Of a DNA stretch of 64,000 nt, positions 18,320 through 27,804 are shown one piece after another. Both the position numbers and the translations under genes were made by a program. This stretch comes from Candidatus Nanohalarchaeota archaeon. Its GTDB lineage: Archaea; Nanohalarchaeota; Nanosalinia; Nanosalinales; Nanoanaerosalinaceae. Numbering within the stretch: position 1 is the stretch's first letter; every line of letters begins with the position of its first letter. Where the stretch lies: positions 2,391 through 66,390 of the forward strand of contig JALDAG010000001.1 of NCBI GenBank assembly GCA_022729255.1. The letters are read 5' to 3'. The notes beneath the pieces are model-generated. The model searched no databases. It saw only the letters and a list, made by a program, of their open reading frames with translations, and was not told the origin of the DNA.

Positions 18320-19192
18320 ATCAAAATCCTCTTTTAGCACCAATGAAACCTTTTTTCCAAGTTCCTCAATTGAAAAACCTGGTCCAACATCATCGAAAGC
18401 TTTCTCTCCCGAGATACCAAGTATATATGTGGACAGACAAGAGGCTTTCAACCCTTTTGTTTCCGATAAAAACCTTGCTATCATACCTGCCAATAGATCT
18501 CCTGTACCTCCCTTTGAGAGATATGGACAACCTGTCTCATTTACAAAAACTGTTTCTCCATCACTTATAACATCTTTTTCTCCTTTTAAGACGATTGTTG
18601 ACTGGTAAACCCTCGCCGCTTTCTTCACTTTTTCTTTTATAGCTGCTAGGTCGCCTTCAACTTCTTCATAAATCCTTTCGAATTCCTTTAAATGAGGTGT
18701 TAAAACCACTTTTCTACCCTTAAAGTCCAACTCCTTTAACCTAGTTGTCAACATATCAGCATCGATAACAACCGGTATATCAGTGGAGGATAACACTTCA
18801 AGAAGGGTTTCAACGGTTTTAGGATCTTTCGTTGTACCGTTTCCCACTACTAAAGAGGTACAAGTTGATACTTCTTCGACTATCTCTTCTACATTATCAT
18901 CGAATTCACCGACTCTAGCGGTTAGAAAATCTTTTTTATGGTTACATGCTATTTCAACAGATTTTTCATTGGATACTATCTTCACTAGATCAGCTCCTGT
19001 TCTAAGAGCTCCTAGACCCACTATCGAAGGTGTGGACATATATTTATTGCTTCCTCCCAAAACACCTATAATCCCGTTTTCCCCCTTAGCTGAGTCTTCT
19101 TTCCTCTGAATAAAACTTTTATCCATCCAGTCTACAACGGATTTTTCATCTCTCATCTCTGTTTCCAACAACTTCTTCGATTGTTTCTTCAA
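18314..19192 (-). CDS. nnrD: ADP/ATP-dependent NAD(P)H-hydrate dehydratase (YjeF C-terminal / NnrD)
   Basis: 'GVLGGSNKYMSTPSIVGLGALRTGADLV', 'LTPHLKEFE' and 'KGGTGDLLAGMIA'. Internal Mets at 19156 or 19126 would reduce or remove the overlap with the upstream gene. Confidence 0.8.
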   Translation of the reverse strand: MKKQSKKLLETEMRDEKSVVDWMDKSFIQRKEDSAKGENGIIGVLGGSNKYMSTPSIVGLGALRTGADLVKIVSNEKSVEIACNHKKDFLTARVGEFDDNVEEIVEEVSTCTSLVVGNGTTKDPKTVETLLEVLSSTDIPVVIDADMLTTRLKELDFKGRKVVLTPHLKEFERIYEEVEGDLAAIKEKVKKAARVYQSTIVLKGEKDVISDGETVFVNETGCPYLSKGGTGDLLAGMIARFLSETKGLKASCLSTYILGISGEKAFDDVGPGFSIEELGKKVSLVLKEDFDL

Positions 19193-20510
19193 GTTTTCTG
19201 GAGAACTCCGATTTTATTTCCTTGTAGTCCTTCTCCGTCTCAGCTTCCATTGTAATCCTTATTTTTGGAGATGTGTTGGATGCTCTGATAAGAACCCATC
19301 CGTTTTCAAGCTCTACTCTGACACCGTCCACTGTGCTGGTGTCTTCGTACTCCTTTAAAAGCTTGTCCTTTACTTTTTCGACTACTTCAAACTTATCAGA
19401 ATCAGGGCATTTGAAAGGTATCCTGTCACCGAAATATTCGGGCATATCATCTAGCTCTTCTTCTATATCTTCAAAATCGGAGATCTTTGATGCGAAAAGA
19501 ACTGATGCGGCTACTCCATCATCCAAAGGAAATATCTGAGGTACCGCGAAGTGACCTGCTCTTTCAACCCCGAACAATGCTTCATTTTCCTTGATTGCTT
19601 TGAAGAGATACGTGTGACCCACCCTAACTCTTTCAACGTTACTATCATGCTTCTCCGCAACATCCTCTATCCTTCTTGAGCATTCCACATTTGCAACTAC
19701 ATCGCCATTTTTATCCTCTAATAGCTTGTCTAGAACAAGATAAGCTGTTTCATCAGCCCTGAGAAGTTTACCATTGTTTGTTATTATGAAACACCTATCT
19801 GAATCACCATCGTAAGCTATACCTATATCATATTCATCGACTTTATCCAGCATCTTTGATATGGAATCCTCATTAACATCTGATTCCCTGTTGGGAAAAT
19901 CTCCATCAGGTTTTCCGTGTAACACGTCCACATTGAAACCCAGCTTATCCAATATTTCAGGTGCTGTAAGACCTGCAACACCGTTACCGCAGTCTATCAA
20001 AACATCTAAATCTCCTTCTTCTACGTTTTTAACAACGTATTCAATGTATTCGTCTCTGATATCTTCTTTCAATACTTTAGCTTCATCACCTTCTTCAAAC
20101 GACTCCTCAATAAATATATCTCTTATTTGATTGTTTTCTTCTTCCAGGTATCCAACTCCATCACTATGGTAGAACTTTACGCCGTTCCACATAGGTGGTA
20201 GGTGCGATGCGGTGATATAAGCTGTTTCAAAACCTCTTTTCCAACCGTAGTAAAGAACTGTTCCAAAAGGCTCAAGTCCAAGATCAACAATCCTTTTGAC
20301 TTTAGTACTCTTTAAGCCTTCTATAAATGCTTTTTTCAGTTTTATTGATGTATTACGAGCATCATGTCCGACTACAACTTTTTTATGTCCTTTTTTTATT
20401 ATAAAAGTACCAAATGCTTTCCCTATCTTTTTCATAACTTCTGGGGTCAGCTTTTCTTCCGTGTTTCCCCTGATATCATATGCTCTGAAAATGTCTTTAA
20501 TTTCGGCCAT
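19146..20510 (-). CDS. Phosphomannomutase/phosphoglucomutase (alpha-D-phosphohexomutase)
   Basis: 454 aa. 'ITASHLPPMWNGVKF', 'GIAYDGDSDRC' and 'IRASNTSPKIR'. Confidence 0.85.
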   Translation of the reverse strand: MAEIKDIFRAYDIRGNTEEKLTPEVMKKIGKAFGTFIIKKGHKKVVVGHDARNTSIKLKKAFIEGLKSTKVKRIVDLGLEPFGTVLYYGWKRGFETAYITASHLPPMWNGVKFYHSDGVGYLEEENNQIRDIFIEESFEEGDEAKVLKEDIRDEYIEYVVKNVEEGDLDVLIDCGNGVAGLTAPEILDKLGFNVDVLHGKPDGDFPNRESDVNEDSISKMLDKVDEYDIGIAYDGDSDRCFIITNNGKLLRADETAYLVLDKLLEDKNGDVVANVECSRRIEDVAEKHDSNVERVRVGHTYLFKAIKENEALFGVERAGHFAVPQIFPLDDGVAASVLFASKISDFEDIEEELDDMPEYFGDRIPFKCPDSDKFEVVEKVKDKLLKEYEDTSTVDGVRVELENGWVLIRASNTSPKIRITMEAETEKDYKEIKSEFSRKLEETIEEVVGNRDER

Positions 20511-20611
20511 AGAGAATTTTATGTGAACTTATTAATTAAATTTTTACGGAAGCATCTCAAACAAAAAAAGACGGTGTCATTTTTATTAGTGAGGAACGAC
20601 TGTTTTAAGTT

Positions 20612-20869
20612 ATGGTTGAAGATCTGGACGACTTTGAGGGTAACTATTTCGAAGAGCTTGAAAAGGTCAATAAAAAACTCAAAGAACTTGTTAAAATATT
20701 GATAGATCACATCAAAGGAGAAGGTGTCGATTATCAGTACAAGTACGGAGAGGGCTGGACAGTGAATGAACATAATTCGATGAAGAAACAACTTGACACT
20801 GAAGACCCTGAAGAGCAGTTAAAAGTCGTCAATAACCTTATAAGAAACTACCAGATCGATAAAGATTGA
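20612..20869 (+). CDS. Small acidic hypothetical protein
   Basis: 85-aa ORF with no recognisable motif. It is convergent with 20870..21475. Confidence 0.4.
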   Translation: MVEDLDDFEGNYFEELEKVNKKLKELVKILIDHIKGEGVDYQYKYGEGWTVNEHNSMKKQLDTEDPEEQLKVVNNLIRNYQIDKD

Positions 20870-21475
20870 TCATTTTCTCTCCTTCTTTGCTTTCTCAAGC
20901 AGTTCCTTTACCCTTTCTTCCCTGCTCTCATCCTCAAGCAAACGATCCCTTAAAACAGATTCTAGAAGCTCCCATTCTCCTTTTTTGACCATTTCATAAA
21001 CGTCTGTCCTGCGGAAAATTTCAAGAAACTCCTTTTTATCGAGAGAACTTATTTCGCCGAAGAGTCCTCTCTCCTCGAGAAAACTCTGTCTCTTCTTTAT
21101 ATTCACGATAGTATTAGTGACTCTTAAAGCATCCATATAGGCTTTGTGTTCATCTTGAAGTATCTTTATCTCGTTTTCCACTGAATATATTTCTTCGGCT
21201 AGTTCCTTCTCCAAAAATTCGTCTTCTGTATCCACAAGTTTATTGAACAACTGTTCCCTTTCATTCAATAATTGTTTCCTCTTGTCCCTTCTAAGACTTA
21301 TTTTCTCCTTTAATTCATCTCTTTTTTCAAGAAAGTAGTCCGTGTCTTTTTCTATAATATCAAAACCTTTCTTACTGCCAGGTAAGATTCTGTTGAAATA
21401 TTTTTTTATCAACCCCATCTTATTTTTATCATCATTCAACAAATTATTCACCAATAACGAAAAATTTAAATCCAA
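20870..21475 (-). CDS. Coiled-coil hypothetical protein
   Basis: 201 aa, strongly helical and charged. The likely start is 'MGLIKKYF' (about 21418). No confident family. Confidence 0.5.
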   Translation of the reverse strand: MDLNFSLLVNNLLNDDKNKMGLIKKYFNRILPGSKKGFDIIEKDTDYFLEKRDELKEKISLRRDKRKQLLNEREQLFNKLVDTEDEFLEKELAEEIYSVENEIKILQDEHKAYMDALRVTNTIVNIKKRQSFLEERGLFGEISSLDKKEFLEIFRRTDVYEMVKKGEWELLESVLRDRLLEDESREERVKELLEKAKKERK

Positions 21476-21518
21476 TATATTAAAAATTTGGATTTAATTA
21501 GTTTTAGAAGTGGTTCGT

Positions 21519-23030
21519 ATGTCTGATAAAAAAGATTTCGTAGAGCAACTAGATTCGCATGTTAAACAGAACGGTTTCATTTGGGGTCCTGAACCTGAGA
21601 TATACAATGGACTCGCAGGGTTTTACACATACGGACCTTCAGGAAAACTTCTCAAGAACAAGATTGAAAATGTTATGAGAGACGTTTTCAGAGATCTCAA
21701 ATTTTACGAGGTTGAAGCCCCTATAATCATGCCAAGAGATGTTTGGAAGGCTTCAGGCCACCTTGATACGTTTATTGATCCTATGGTTCTCTGCTCAAAT
21801 TGTGAGGGTAGTTACAGGGCTGACAAGCTTATAGAGGAAAAAACAGATATCGAGACTGCTGACGGATTTTCGGACGAAAAATTACTGAATATAATAGATG
21901 AAAAAGGAATTAAATGCCCCTCATGTGGTGGAAAATTTAAAAAAGAGGTTCACGACTACAATCTGATGATGAAGACCTCTGTTGCTGGCCAAGAATCATA
22001 CAACAGGCCTGAAACAGCAACAACAACTTTTCTACCTTTCAAGAGGTACTGGAGGTTTTTTAGGAAAAAGCTTCCGATGAAAGTCTTTCAGATAGGTAAA
22101 GCTTTTAGAAACGAGATAAGTCCTAGACAGCATGTTTTAAGGGGTAGAGAGTTCACACAGGCAGAAGGACAGATATTCGTCCATCCGGATCAAAAAAACG
22201 ACTGGGATGAGTATGAGAATGTCAAGGAGAAAAAGCTTCCTTTATACTCAGAAGAGATGCAGAACAAGGAACAGAAATGGGATATGATAACCATTCAAGA
22301 AGCAAGAAATAAAGGTTATCTATCTTCAGAAGCCTATTCCTGGTGTCTATCAGTGGCCTACGATCTTTTTGTTTCGATAGGAATTCCAAAAGATAGGATA
22401 AGACTAAGGGAACACGGTGATGACGAAAAATCTCATTATGCCAGAGAGGCATGGGATGTTGAAATAAGGCTTGACAGTTTTGGCTGGACAGAGGTATGCG
22501 GTGTCCACGACAGGACAGACTACGATCTTTCAAGCCATGACAAACATTCACACGAAGATCTGAGTGTCACGACCAACGATGGTGAAAAGGTGATCCCTCA
22601 CATATTGGAGATAGCCTTTGGAACTGACAGGCCCACATTCGCTGTTTTGGACATTTTTTTCGACAAGGAAAAAGGAGTTCTCAACATACCAAAACACGTG
22701 TCCCCCATTGATGTATCTGTCTTTCCTCTCATCAGTAAAGAAGGTCTAACAGACATTGCAGAGGAAATATATAGACAGCTACACGAACAAAAGTTCGATG
22801 TCGAGTATGATGACAGAGGAAGTATAGGTAAAAGATACGCCAGGAATGACGCCAAAGGAACAGCTGTCTGTGTAACCGTTGACTTCGAAACAAAAGAAGA
22901 TGACACAGTTACTATGAGGGATAGGGATTCTCAAGAACAAGTAAGAGTTAAGATTTCAGAACTCCCGAGCAAACTGGAGAGATGGCTCTACACGGACATG
23001 GATTTTGAAGATATTGGAGAACTTGTTTAA
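21519..23030 (+). CDS. glyS: Glycyl-tRNA synthetase (archaeal/eukaryotic alpha2 type)
   Basis: 'FIWGPEPEIYNGLAGFYTYGPSGKLLKNKIE', 'FRNEISPR' and a C-terminal anticodon-binding domain. The ATG at 21519 lies inside the GTG-initiated track ORF (21510). Confidence 0.9.
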   Translation: MSDKKDFVEQLDSHVKQNGFIWGPEPEIYNGLAGFYTYGPSGKLLKNKIENVMRDVFRDLKFYEVEAPIIMPRDVWKASGHLDTFIDPMVLCSNCEGSYRADKLIEEKTDIETADGFSDEKLLNIIDEKGIKCPSCGGKFKKEVHDYNLMMKTSVAGQESYNRPETATTTFLPFKRYWRFFRKKLPMKVFQIGKAFRNEISPRQHVLRGREFTQAEGQIFVHPDQKNDWDEYENVKEKKLPLYSEEMQNKEQKWDMITIQEARNKGYLSSEAYSWCLSVAYDLFVSIGIPKDRIRLREHGDDEKSHYAREAWDVEIRLDSFGWTEVCGVHDRTDYDLSSHDKHSHEDLSVTTNDGEKVIPHILEIAFGTDRPTFAVLDIFFDKEKGVLNIPKHVSPIDVSVFPLISKEGLTDIAEEIYRQLHEQKFDVEYDDRGSIGKRYARNDAKGTAVCVTVDFETKEDDTVTMRDRDSQEQVRVKISELPSKLERWLYTDMDFEDIGELV

Positions 23031-23057
23031 AAACAAGTTCCAAACCTTTGTTTTTTA

Positions 23058-23978
23058 TTGTTTCATTACAACTTCAGTTGTATGGCTGAATGTTCGGAAT
23101 GTGGGGAATCCATATCTATGCCCTTCAAGTGTAAGTTCTGTGGTGAAAAACTGTGTTCAAAACACAGGTTACCAGAGAACCACGGCTGTGAAAAGATGGA
23201 CCAATATTTAGAAAAACAGAGGAACAAGAAGATAATTTATGATGCAGTTCAGGAGGAGAAAGAATACAGGGAGAAAAGTATGAGAGAAAAAAGAAACATA
23301 CTTGGAAAATTTAAGAACGTTATAAAAAATGTCAGGTCACCTAGAAGAAGATCTTATAGAAGAAGTCCTGCCGCAGAAGCTTTCAGGTATTCTTTTCCTG
23401 ACATGGCAACATTCACATTGCTTGGGCTGATTTTTCTGGGTTACATACTTCAATTATTCGTGCCCGGATTCAACGAACTTTTCCAGCTTGTTCCCGAACT
23501 TGCTTTCACCGAACCTTGGAGACTCATATCTCCGATATTTCTTCATGGCAACCCCACACATCTCTTTGTTAACTCTATAGTTCTCTTTTTCTTTGGTTCT
23601 GAGCTGGAGAAAAGGATAGGAACATGGAGATTTGTAAAACTGTTCTTTATATCCGGTATCATAGCATCCATAGGCTATGCGATCTATATGTTGGAGATAA
23701 CAGGGCTAAACACGCCTGCAGTAGGAGCTTCAGGAGCATTATACGGAGTTTTTGCAGCGCTTGCAATCATAGCTCCTGAGATAAGAGTTTTAGCGTTTTT
23801 CATAATACCTATGGGGATAAGGACAGCTCTTGTAGTATTTGCTTTATTCGATCTATTTCTTTTAACTCAGCAAACCCCTATAGCCAGTATAGCACACCTT
23901 ACAGGGCTTGTAGTAGGCCTTTATTATGGTTACAAGGTCAGAAAGAGTGGTAAATACAATCGTAGTTGGTTAATCTGA
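23058..23978 (+). CDS. Rhomboid intramembrane serine protease with an N-terminal AN1-type zinc finger
   Basis: AN1: 'CSECGESISMPFKCKFCGEKLCSKHRLPENHGC'. Rhomboid: 'FLHGNPTHL', 'GASGALYGVF' and 'HLTGLVVG'. Alternative start 'MAECSECG' at 23082. Confidence 0.85.
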   Translation: MFHYNFSCMAECSECGESISMPFKCKFCGEKLCSKHRLPENHGCEKMDQYLEKQRNKKIIYDAVQEEKEYREKSMREKRNILGKFKNVIKNVRSPRRRSYRRSPAAEAFRYSFPDMATFTLLGLIFLGYILQLFVPGFNELFQLVPELAFTEPWRLISPIFLHGNPTHLFVNSIVLFFFGSELEKRIGTWRFVKLFFISGIIASIGYAIYMLEITGLNTPAVGASGALYGVFAALAIIAPEIRVLAFFIIPMGIRTALVVFALFDLFLLTQQTPIASIAHLTGLVVGLYYGYKVRKSGKYNRSWLI

Positions 23979-23981
23979 TCA

Positions 23982-24554
23982 CTATCCTGACTTTTCAGTC
24001 TTGATCCATACCTCATTAAACATCTCGTTCCGCCCATAAACAATATAGAAAGGTCTGTCCTTAAAATCAACTGTTTCAAAGCCTTCCTCGAACAACAAAC
24101 CTATTTCATCGGTTCCTTGATCTAAATTAAGAACAACAGTTTCAGTATATTCTCCACTGTCGAAATAGATTGTTTCTTCAATGGAACCGTCAACAGTAAT
24201 GTTTATCTCATTCATACCCTCTAAGTAATTACCTACCACAATATCAAAATCGCCGTCATCATTTTCTATACCCACCATAGAAACATAGCTTGCTCCTATT
24301 CCTTTACCAGAATTCACTGTCATCAAGAAATTCATGTAGCCTTCTATGTTTTCCTCAACCTTCCTTGAAGAATAGTTTTGACTCAAACTGTTATCTATAA
24401 GGTAAGGTACCTCTTCAATACCTTTTTCAAAAAAATCTCTTGTATGAGGATCAGGATCCGCTGTTAAAAAAGCTCTTCCCTGTAGTCCAACAACTACAAG
24501 TATCATTATAGCGAGCAATATCAATCCTATGGTAAAAAACTGACCTTTTCTCAT
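23982..24554 (-). CDS. Type IV pilin-like protein (class III signal peptide)
   Basis: 190 aa. N-terminus 'MRKGQFFTIGLILLAIMILVV'. Third gene of a 4- and 7-nt overlapping trio. Confidence 0.55.
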   Translation of the reverse strand: MRKGQFFTIGLILLAIMILVVVGLQGRAFLTADPDPHTRDFFEKGIEEVPYLIDNSLSQNYSSRKVEENIEGYMNFLMTVNSGKGIGASYVSMVGIENDDGDFDIVVGNYLEGMNEINITVDGSIEETIYFDSGEYTETVVLNLDQGTDEIGLLFEEGFETVDFKDRPFYIVYGRNEMFNEVWIKTEKSG

Positions 24555-25069
24555 CGGTATCCAACCTCCAAACTGACTTTACCGTCAGTTTCGCCTCTGT
24601 TTCTGAACCTGAGATTAAAGAATCCTTGACCAAAATTGATACGTTCTCTTCCATCCGGATCAGTAAGATTTATTTTTTCATCCGAGTAATCCAGAGAAAG
24701 TTTTATGTTGACTCCATCGCTTGAAGACATATTCACAGGGCCAATACGAGTTTGGGAACCTGCAGAAACCACATCTGCTTCAGTTTCAATAGTATAATAA
24801 AAAGTATCATTGGCTGGCTCGAAAGTGTATCTCCCATAATCTGTAGTGATGGAAGCCTCTGTTCTACTGCCTTCACCATAAGAAACTGTCTGCCTGATCT
24901 TTGAATCTATGTTCAACAGGGTGTCCTGTGCACTCTGTATGGATGCTACTTGTCTCGATCTTTCCAATAAAGGCATACCCATGGTAAGTACTATAACAAC
25001 TCCTGAAATAATCAGGAAGACAACAAGCATGTAAGATACCAGTGGAGATACTGCTTTCCTCCTCACCAT
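24551..25069 (-). CDS. Archaeal type IV pilin-like protein (class III signal peptide)
   Basis: 172 aa. 'MVRRKAVSPLVSYMLVVFLIISGVVIVL' resembles the archaeal pilin N-terminal 'R(A/G)VSPV' class. Confidence 0.6.
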   Translation of the reverse strand: MVRRKAVSPLVSYMLVVFLIISGVVIVLTMGMPLLERSRQVASIQSAQDTLLNIDSKIRQTVSYGEGSRTEASITTDYGRYTFEPANDTFYYTIETEADVVSAGSQTRIGPVNMSSSDGVNIKLSLDYSDEKINLTDPDGRERINFGQGFFNLRFRNRGETDGKVSLEVGYR

Positions 25070-25479
25070 ATATAGACTGACACCACCGAATAAGTAACTT
25101 CGTTTCCGTTTTCCAACAAGTCTTCACCAACTGTAACAGCATAACCAGCACTTATCTTGAAATCTTCGGGATAGTCTCCGCTTAACTCATAATCCATCTC
25201 TCCATCCTTGTCCATATACAATATCTCAACTGCCGTGTTTGCTGACACGTATTTATTGATCTCTTGGTGTATCGATTCCGGATCTCTTGAAATAACTTTA
25301 TCCCTCAAGAAACCCTTTGAATCCAGTGATTCTAGGGTCTGCATGGTGATTCTGTAAGAAACTTCATGGGTAACAGGTTGACCTACAAGTGAGGGAAGCA
25401 CATTTATCAAAAAAACGAAAAATATAGTTGAAGCGATCACCGCTTCAAGAGTTGATACAAATCCCTTTCTCTCAACCAT
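25063..25479 (-). CDS. Archaeal type IV pilin-like protein (class III signal peptide)
   Basis: 138 aa. 'MVERKGFVSTLEAVIASTIFFVFLI' shows a KG|F prepilin-peptidase-type site with a hydrophobic helix. Confidence 0.6.
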   Translation of the reverse strand: MVERKGFVSTLEAVIASTIFFVFLINVLPSLVGQPVTHEVSYRITMQTLESLDSKGFLRDKVISRDPESIHQEINKYVSANTAVEILYMDKDGEMDYELSGDYPEDFKISAGYAVTVGEDLLENGNEVTYSVVSVYIW

Positions 25480-25511
25480 AAATGTTTATTAGCTGTGAGG
25501 GAGGTTAAAGT

Positions 25512-27800
25512 TTATGGTATATGCTGCTCCATGTAAATTTCTTCGGAAACTGAAATCCCCGAATTCTCCTTTGAAACCCTGTAAAGATAAGAAGTAACTG
25601 AATCCTCCAAATCTTTGTCGTGGGTGATCAAGATAAGTTGATCAACTATATCCGACACGTCTTCCCTGAGAGTGTCTGAAAGGTCTGAAACAGTTCTTTC
25701 ATCAAGATTATGGGTGGGTTCATCCAACATCAAAACATTAAATCTTTTTCCAAGCACAGCTGATAATGCGAGTCTCATAGTCAAAGCAGCTGAATGTCTC
25801 TCTCCACCGGATACCTCTCCCTCTACGGGAACTTTATTACCCCTTGAATCACAGATTTTTAGGATGTAATCTTCCTCCACACTGATCTCAATATCGGAAT
25901 AATAATCATATGGGTATATGTTATCCCATATCTCCTTCATAACGTCATTGAGATTTTCTATAAATTGTTTTCTCAACTTTTCCTGAGCTTCCTTGAGTTT
26001 TTTCCTAAAAGACACGAAAAAATCCTCTAGAATCCTGTATCTTTCGATATCTTCCTCTATCTTATCTATCAAAGATTTCCTCTTTTTTAGTTCCTCAACT
26101 CGTTTTTTGTACTGTTCCAGGACTTCTTTCTTAGACTCTTTTTCTTTTTGAACAATCCTTATATCAGATTTTACCTCGTTGAACTTTTTCTCTAGGTTCT
26201 TAAAATTTTCAGAATCAAAATCGTTTTCTTTTTTCTTTTCCCTCAGTTTTTTGAGATCTTTTTTGCTTTTATCAATTTTCCTCTTGAATTTGAAGAAGTC
26301 TTTCAGGTCCTTCATCTTTTCTTTTTTCTCCTCCAACTTTTTCCTGTCTAAATTTGACAATTTTTCCTCAAGTTCTTCTATTTTCTCATATAAATCTTCT
26401 TTATCGGATTTTTCTTCTTTAAGCCTCTTCTTTTTCTCAACAATTTTTTCTTCAACGTCTCCCAGCTTCAAAATATCCGATCTTCTCCTATTTAATCCCT
26501 CAAGTTGTTTTGATAATCTTTCGATTCTTTCTTCAATTTTTTCCATCCTTGATTCTATATCTTGCTTCTTTTCTCCTAAGGATTCGATCATTTTTTCCCT
26601 TTGTTCATCATCTAGATCCCTTTCACAGGTAGGACATTTACCTTCAGTATCGGATAGTTGCTCGATAGAATCCTCAATGTTTTCTTTTTCACTTTTCAAT
26701 CCGGATACCTTGCTCTTCAATCCCTCCAGCTTTTTCTTTTGATTTTCTATGGCTTTCTCAACCTTCTCCAACTTTTCAAACTCTTTTTTATCTTTATTTA
26801 GACTCTCAATCTTTTCTTTAATTTTATCGATGTTTTTATCCTTGTATTCAAGCTTGTTTTTCTTGTTGGAAAGTTTTTCACTTAGCTCTTTCGCTTCCAT
26901 TAATTTTTCGTCGATATCCGAAATCTTTTCATCCAAACTTCCCTCATCTTCAACAGCTTTATCATCCAGTTCTTCCCTTAATTCCTCCAAGTTCTCGTTA
27001 AGAGAAATAATTTTTCCGTTCAAATTCTCAATTTTCCTCTCCAGTTTTTCATCTTTCTTTTTGGCTTTCTTCCCTAACTCATATTTTTTATCCAGGCTTC
27101 TCTTTTCTTCAATGAGTTTCTTTCCTTTTTCTTCATGTTCTTCGATTTCACCCTCTATATCCTCTCTTTTTTCCAAAAGTTTCTCAAGATCCTTATCTTC
27201 GAAACTTTCTTTGTTGTCCTTGAGATCTCCCTCCTTGTAGTCACGTTTGTTCCTTACAGAGTTTTTAAGCTTAACAAGGGTTTTACGTGCTTTTTCAAAC
27301 CTGTCTAACCCTAATAATTTATCTATTTTTTCTTTTCTCTCTCCAGGCCTCATGTCAAGGAAAAAATCCAAGGAGTTCTGTTCCGAAAAAACGATGGTCG
27401 TAAAAAGATCAAAGTTCAGACCTATGATTTCCTCGATTTTTTCAGAAACCTCGGTAGCCTGAGGACCAGCGATAACATCTCCTTCCATTCTAAGAATCGA
27501 TTTAGTGGTTCCTCTACCCCTTTTTATCACTCTTTCAACAGAATAAGTATCATCTATCTCGAAAAATATTTTTACTTTCGCCGACTCCTCGCGATTAGGA
27601 GCTCTTTTTATGATATCATCTATATTTATTCTCCTCTCCTTTATAGAAGGCAAAGTTCCGTAAAGACCAAAAACTATGGATTCTAGTACTGAAGATTTCC
27701 CAGACCCCATCTCTCCAATCAGGGCGTTCACACCTTCATCAAAAACAAATTCTTCATCCCTGTACGATTTCCAGTTTTCAAGAACCACTTTTTTTATCAT
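25512..27800 (-). CDS. rad50: DNA double-strand break repair ATPase Rad50
   Basis: 762 aa. Walker A 'GEMGSGKSS', a long K/E coiled coil, zinc hook 'CPTCERDL', signature 'SGGERHSAALTMRLAL' and Walker B 'LMLDEPTHNLD'. Confidence 0.9.
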   Translation of the reverse strand: MIKKVVLENWKSYRDEEFVFDEGVNALIGEMGSGKSSVLESIVFGLYGTLPSIKERRINIDDIIKRAPNREESAKVKIFFEIDDTYSVERVIKRGRGTTKSILRMEGDVIAGPQATEVSEKIEEIIGLNFDLFTTIVFSEQNSLDFFLDMRPGERKEKIDKLLGLDRFEKARKTLVKLKNSVRNKRDYKEGDLKDNKESFEDKDLEKLLEKREDIEGEIEEHEEKGKKLIEEKRSLDKKYELGKKAKKKDEKLERKIENLNGKIISLNENLEELREELDDKAVEDEGSLDEKISDIDEKLMEAKELSEKLSNKKNKLEYKDKNIDKIKEKIESLNKDKKEFEKLEKVEKAIENQKKKLEGLKSKVSGLKSEKENIEDSIEQLSDTEGKCPTCERDLDDEQREKMIESLGEKKQDIESRMEKIEERIERLSKQLEGLNRRRSDILKLGDVEEKIVEKKKRLKEEKSDKEDLYEKIEELEEKLSNLDRKKLEEKKEKMKDLKDFFKFKRKIDKSKKDLKKLREKKKENDFDSENFKNLEKKFNEVKSDIRIVQKEKESKKEVLEQYKKRVEELKKRKSLIDKIEEDIERYRILEDFFVSFRKKLKEAQEKLRKQFIENLNDVMKEIWDNIYPYDYYSDIEISVEEDYILKICDSRGNKVPVEGEVSGGERHSAALTMRLALSAVLGKRFNVLMLDEPTHNLDERTVSDLSDTLREDVSDIVDQLILITHDKDLEDSVTSYLYRVSKENSGISVSEEIYMEQHIP

Positions 27801-27804
27801 TTAA

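Noticed and set aside
20870-21475. Coiled-coil protein considered as an ESCRT-III/PspA (IM30) family member because of the 'MGLIKKYF' start and ~200-aa helical build
   Set aside because: Beyond the first few residues I cannot align the characteristic helices. Charged coiled coils are common. This needs HHpred before any claim.
26179-27462. Long plus-strand Ser/Phe/Leu-rich ORFs (187, 163 and 71 aa) inside the rad50 locus
   Set aside because: They are antisense to the K/E-rich coiled-coil coding region of rad50. The low-complexity GAA/AAG codons leave the opposite strand free of stops. The products are low-complexity with no motifs.
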